Below are positions 59,870 through 64,000 of a stretch of DNA of 64,000 nt, one piece after another. The translations under genes and the position numbers were made by a program. The DNA is taken from positions 1,728,001 to 1,792,000 of the forward strand of contig CBDEFM010000002.1 in NCBI GenBank assembly GCA_965237415.1. The letters run 5' to 3'. The notes under the pieces are model-generated. The model was given only the letters and a program-made list of their open reading frames with translations. It was not told the origin of the DNA and searched no databases. Position 1 is the first letter of the stretch. Every line of letters starts with the position of its first letter. Origin of the DNA: Alphaproteobacteria bacterium. Lineage in GTDB: Bacteria; Pseudomonadota; Alphaproteobacteria; UBA828.

Positions 59870-62236
59870 TCAGACGCGGCGCCGGGCGCGGTCGACGCAG
59901 GCGAGCGCCGCCATATCGAGGATGGCGTCGGTATCGATCCGGTGCTTGGCGTAGAGCGCCGGGATATCGCCTGATTCGCCAAAGCCCGTGACGCCGAGCG
60001 GATAGGCGCGGTGGCCCGCGACCGTGCCGAGCCAGGAGAGTGCGGCCGGGTGGCCATCGAGCACGGTGACCAGCGCGGCGTCGGGCGGCAACCGGCTGAG
60101 CAGCGTCTCGGCATGGGCCGCCGGCACCGCCTCGCCGCGCGCGCGGGCCTCGGAGGCGGTGAGAAGATCGGCATAGAGGCGGTCGGCCGAGGTGACGGCG
60201 AGCAGGCCGATGCCGGGAATTTCCTCCGCGAGCGCCTCGTGGGCAGACTGCACCTCGGGCGCGATGGCGCCAGAAAAGACCAGCGCGATCTGCGCGTCGG
60301 GCGCAGGCTCCACGAGCCAATAGCCGCCGGCCAGAAGATCGTGCCTCAGTGCCGAGTCGATCTCGCGCGCGGGCTGGTCGATCGTGCGGGTGGAAAGGCG
60401 ACAATAGAGAGAGCCGCCGTCAGGTTCCTGCACGTGCCCGAAGCCCCACAGCATGATCTCGGCGAACTCGTCGGCGAAGGCAGGCTCGAAGGAGGTGAGC
60501 CCCGGCTGGCCCATGCCGAGAAGCGGCGTGCCGACCGACTGGTGCGCGCCGCCCTCGGGCGCGAGCGTAATGCCGGACGGCGTGCCGGCCAGCAGGAAGC
60601 GCGCGTCCTGGTAGCAGGCGTAGGTGAGCGCATCGAGGCCGCGGGCGATGAAGGGGTCGTAGACCGTACCCACCGGCAGGAGCCGGGTGCCGAAGAAGCC
60701 GTCGCTCAGCCCGAGCGCCGCGAGCAGCAGGAAGAGGTTGTTCTCCGCGATCCCGAGCTCGATGTGCTGGCCGTTCCGGCTCAGCGACCACTTCTGCATC
60801 GAGACCACCTTCTCGGAGCGGAAGACATCCTCCCGATCGGCGCGGTCGAAGATGCCGCGCTGGTTCACCCAGCCGCCGAGATTGGTGGAGACCGTGACAT
60901 CGGGCGAGGTGGTGACGATGCGCTCGGCGAGCGGACTCTCGCCCTTGCCGAGCTCGTTCAGGATGCGGCCGAAGGCCTCCTGCGTGGACATGCGGGGGCC
61001 CGGGCGGAAGGGCAGCGCGTCCGGCAGCGGCACGGCAGGCGCCGAAAGCTGGCCCGGCTTGCGGTTGAAGGGCGCCGCCGCGATGAACTCCTTCAACGTC
61101 TTCTCGTCGAGCCCGAGGCCGGCGAAGCGCGACCACTCGGCGCCTTCGTCCACGTCCATCGCGGTGCGGAAATCGGCCATCTGCTCTTCGGTCATGATGC
61201 CGGCATGGTTGTCCTTGTGGCCGGCGAAGGGCAGCCCGAAGCCCTTGATGGTGTACGCGATGAAGCAGTGGGGAACGTCGGAATCGACCTCGCGCAGCGC
61301 CTCCAGCACCGCCTCCATGTCGTGGCCCGCGAGATTGGTCATCAGGTCCTGCAGGCCGTCGTCGTCGTAGCCGGCCAGCAGCGTCTTCATGCCCGCGACG
61401 TGGCCGATGTCCTGGGTGAGCCGCTCGCGCCACGCAGTGCCGCCCTTGAAGGTGAGCGCGCAGTAGAGTTCGTTCGGGCAGTCGTCGATCCACTGGCGGA
61501 GCGCCTCGCCGCCGGGCTTCGCGAACGCGGCCTCCTGGCGGCGGCCATGTTTCAGGATCACCACCTTCCAGCCGACCGCCTGGAAGAAGTCCTTGATCTT
61601 CTGGAACAGCCTGTCCGAGACAACCCGATCGAGGCTCTGGCGGTTATAGTCGATGATCCACCAGAGGTTGCGTACATCGTGCTTCCAGCCCTCCAGCAGC
61701 GCCTCGAAGACGTTGCCCTCGTCGAGCTCCGCATCGCCCATGATCGCGATCATGCGGCCGGGGGGGCGCGTCTCCGGCGTGAGCTTGTGGAAGCGCACGT
61801 AGTCCTGGACCATGGAGGCGAAGAGCGTCATGCCCACCCCGAGCCCGACGGAGCCGGTCGAGATGTCCACGTCGTCGCTGTCCTTGGTGCGCGACGGATA
61901 GCTCTGCGCCCCGCCGAAGGCCCGAAAACCCTCCAGCTTGGCCTTCGTCTGGTTGCCGAAGAGGTACTGGATCGCGTGGAACACCGGGCTCGCGTGGGGC
62001 TTAACGGCGACCCGGTCGTTCGGCTCCAGCACGTCGAAGTAGAGCGCCGTCATCAGCGTCGCCACCGAGGCGCAGGAGGCCTGATGGCCGCCCACCTTGA
62101 GCCCGTCCCGCGCCGGGCGGAGATGGTTCGCGTTGTGGACCATCCACGAAGACAGCCACAGCACCTTGCGCTCGAGTGCGTTGAGGCAGGCGAGCGTCTC
62201 CGGCGCGACGGCCGGTTCGTTCACGAGCTGGCTCAT
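59870..62236 (-). CDS. Thiamine diphosphate-dependent enzyme, homodimeric pyruvate dehydrogenase E1/transketolase-like
   Basis: KVGGHQAS, STGSVGLG, GDAELDEGN, NRQSLD, ELGIAENN, EGGAHQS. Confidence 0.85.
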   Translation of the reverse strand: MSQLVNEPAVAPETLACLNALERKVLWLSSWMVHNANHLRPARDGLKVGGHQASCASVATLMTALYFDVLEPNDRVAVKPHASPVFHAIQYLFGNQTKAKLEGFRAFGGAQSYPSRTKDSDDVDISTGSVGLGVGMTLFASMVQDYVRFHKLTPETRPPGRMIAIMGDAELDEGNVFEALLEGWKHDVRNLWWIIDYNRQSLDRVVSDRLFQKIKDFFQAVGWKVVILKHGRRQEAAFAKPGGEALRQWIDDCPNELYCALTFKGGTAWRERLTQDIGHVAGMKTLLAGYDDDGLQDLMTNLAGHDMEAVLEALREVDSDVPHCFIAYTIKGFGLPFAGHKDNHAGIMTEEQMADFRTAMDVDEGAEWSRFAGLGLDEKTLKEFIAAAPFNRKPGQLSAPAVPLPDALPFRPGPRMSTQEAFGRILNELGKGESPLAERIVTTSPDVTVSTNLGGWVNQRGIFDRADREDVFRSEKVVSMQKWSLSRNGQHIELGIAENNLFLLLAALGLSDGFFGTRLLPVGTVYDPFIARGLDALTYACYQDARFLLAGTPSGITLAPEGGAHQSVGTPLLGMGQPGLTSFEPAFADEFAEIMLWGFGHVQEPDGGSLYCRLSTRTIDQPAREIDSALRHDLLAGGYWLVEPAPDAQIALVFSGAIAPEVQSAHEALAEEIPGIGLLAVTSADRLYADLLTASEARARGEAVPAAHAETLLSRLPPDAALVTVLDGHPAALSWLGTVAGHRAYPLGVTGFGESGDIPALYAKHRIDTDAILDMAALACVDRARRRV

Positions 62237-62304
62237 GCGGCCTCCCTTGCAACAAGTCTAGCGCAGACGCGCCGTTGCAGCCATCGCGGCGCCGAGGCCG
62301 CCAG

Positions 62305-62955
62305 ATGAGCCCGCCCGCGCGGGGCGACGACGCGGCGGCGCACGAGGCCGCCGCTATTACGCTCGCCGAATACGACCGCATGTCGGAGGCATACCGTCAC
62401 GGCACGGCCGACCACGACGTGAGCCAGAACATCGCGGCCCTGCTCGATGCCATCGAGGGCGCGCCGCCCCATGTCATCCTCGACCTCGGCTGCGGGCCGG
62501 GCCGCGACCTGCACGCCTTCACAGCCCTCGGGCACGAGGTCGTGGGGCTCGAGGGCGCGGCCGGGCTGGTGGCGCTCGCGCGTGCGGAGACTGACTGCCC
62601 GGTGCTCCACCAGGATTTCCTGGCCCTGGACCTGCCGCTCGCGCGCTTCGACGGGATCTTCGCCAACGCCTCGCTCTTCCACGTGCCGAGCAGTCAGATC
62701 GCGCGCGTGCTCGCCGAGCTCGCCGCTGCGCTGAAACCCAGGGGCGCGCTCTTCTGCTCGAACCCGCGCGGCGACAACCAGGAAGGTTGGGTCGGCGGGC
62801 GCTACGGCTGCTTCTACGACCTGGAGACCTGGCGCGCCTTCGCCACCGGCGCGGGCTTCACCGAGCTTCGCCACTACTACCGGCCGCCCGGCCGCCCGCG
62901 CCACGAGCAGCCCTGGCTCGCCACGGTCTGGCGCAAGTGCGACGAACGCCGGTAG
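62305..62955 (+). CDS. Class I SAM-dependent methyltransferase
   Basis: ILDLGCGPGRD, FDGIFANASLFH. Confidence 0.88.
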   Translation: MSPPARGDDAAAHEAAAITLAEYDRMSEAYRHGTADHDVSQNIAALLDAIEGAPPHVILDLGCGPGRDLHAFTALGHEVVGLEGAAGLVALARAETDCPVLHQDFLALDLPLARFDGIFANASLFHVPSSQIARVLAELAAALKPRGALFCSNPRGDNQEGWVGGRYGCFYDLETWRAFATGAGFTELRHYYRPPGRPRHEQPWLATVWRKCDERR

Positions 62956-63048
62956 CACAGGCCCGTGCGGGCAGCCGCTCCCCGGTGGCCCGAGGGTGTG
63001 GCGAGGCTCTACAATGGGGCTGAAGACTAAGGCGGCAGATGACGGACG

Positions 63049-64000
63049 ATGATCTTTCGCCAGCTCTACCACATGCCCTCGGGCACCTATACCTACCTGC
63101 TGGGCGGCCGCGCGGGCGGCGAGGCGCTCATCATCGACCCGGTGCAGGAGCAGGTGGAGCGCTACCTCACACTGCTCGACGAGCTGGGGCTTACCCTCGC
63201 CAAGGTCGTCGATACCCATGTCCATGCCGATCACATCAGCGGCATGGCGGAACTCCGCGACCGGACCAAGTGCGTCACCGTGATGGGCCGGGAGGCGCCG
63301 GTGGACGTGGTCTCGATGCGCGTCGGCGACGGCGATCCGGTCGAGATCGAGGGCGTCAGCCTGCGTGCGCTGCACACGCCGGGCCACACCGCCGAGTCGT
63401 ACAGCTTCGCGATGGAGGACCGCGTCTTCACCGGCGATACGCTGCTGATCCGGGGCACCGGCCGCACCGACTTCCAAAACGGCGACCCGCTCCAGCAGTA
63501 CGACTCGCTCTTCAACAGGCTTCTCACGCTGCCCGACGAGACGCTGGTCTACCCCGGCCACGACTACAAGGGCGACACGGTCAGCACCATCGGCGAAGAG
63601 AAGCGCTTCAACCCCCGCCTCCAGGTCTCCTCGCCCGCCGACTATGCGGCGCTGATGAACGGCCTCAACCTCGCCAACCCCAAGATGATGGACGTGGCCG
63701 TGCCGGCGAACCTGAGCGTGGGGCGCGGCCAGGCGGACGAGGCCCACCCCGAATGCGCGATGACCGCAGAGGAGGTCATGCACGACGAGCGGCCCGGCGA
63801 CATCCTCGTCGACCTGCGGGAGGAAGGGGAGCGCATGCGGGAGGGCGCGATCCCGAATTCCATCCACGCCCCCTACGGTCAGCTGACCGGCATGATCGGC
63901 CCGGGCGGGGCGTTGCGCGCGCTTGCTTCGCGCCCCGGGCAACGGCTCGTCTACTACTGCGCCTTCGGCGAGCGCTCGGCGATGGCGGTCGATGCCTCGC
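63049..64000 (+). CDS. Persulfide dioxygenase (ETHE1-like MBL fold) fused to rhodanese; runs off the window end
   Basis: Read from sequence: MIFRQL..TYTYLL, THVHADH, TPGHT, FTGDTL, GRTDF, YPGHDY, then VDLRE...YCAFGERS. Confidence 0.88.
   Translation, partial: MIFRQLYHMPSGTYTYLLGGRAGGEALIIDPVQEQVERYLTLLDELGLTLAKVVDTHVHADHISGMAELRDRTKCVTVMGREAPVDVVSMRVGDGDPVEIEGVSLRALHTPGHTAESYSFAMEDRVFTGDTLLIRGTGRTDFQNGDPLQQYDSLFNRLLTLPDETLVYPGHDYKGDTVSTIGEEKRFNPRLQVSSPADYAALMNGLNLANPKMMDVAVPANLSVGRGQADEAHPECAMTAEEVMHDERPGDILVDLREEGERMREGAIPNSIHAPYGQLTGMIGPGGALRALASRPGQRLVYYCAFGERSAMAVDAS

Overview
A GC-rich bacterial chromosomal window, most likely alphaproteobacterial. The basis is gltX-comEC-lexA synteny, a GTTC-N7-GTTC SOS box and phaR. 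It is dominated by catabolic genes: a non-pyrrolysine MttB/corrinoid methyl-transfer cluster, a barbiturase-like ring-opening amidohydrolase, three hydantoinase/oxoprolinase genes, an hmfABCDE-like furoate cluster running directly into larCEB (nickel-pincer cofactor synthesis, no larA in the window), a peptide-type ABC transporter with tandem MHPCO-like flavoprotein monooxygenases (second copy has an internal TAG), a type I secretion pair and higBA. The most unusual signal is a dispersed family of four related intergenic cassettes at about 3.1-3.5, 12.9-13.6, 17.6-17.9 and 34.2-35.7 kb. Each has a 16-bp dyad CCG(C/G)ACCATGGTGCG(G/A) exactly at -51..-36 and a CAGnnT hexamer exactly at -12..-7 relative to an apparently leaderless ATG. 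Each also ends in an array of about 10-bp (T/G)AATCCCACT repeats. Two copies encode orphan Mu gp27/DUF3486-like (small-terminase-like) proteins, with no other phage gene or transposase nearby. An IS1595-like 168-bp MITE with an 8-bp target duplication sits in one copy. All family assignments come from motif recognition by eye, not database searches.
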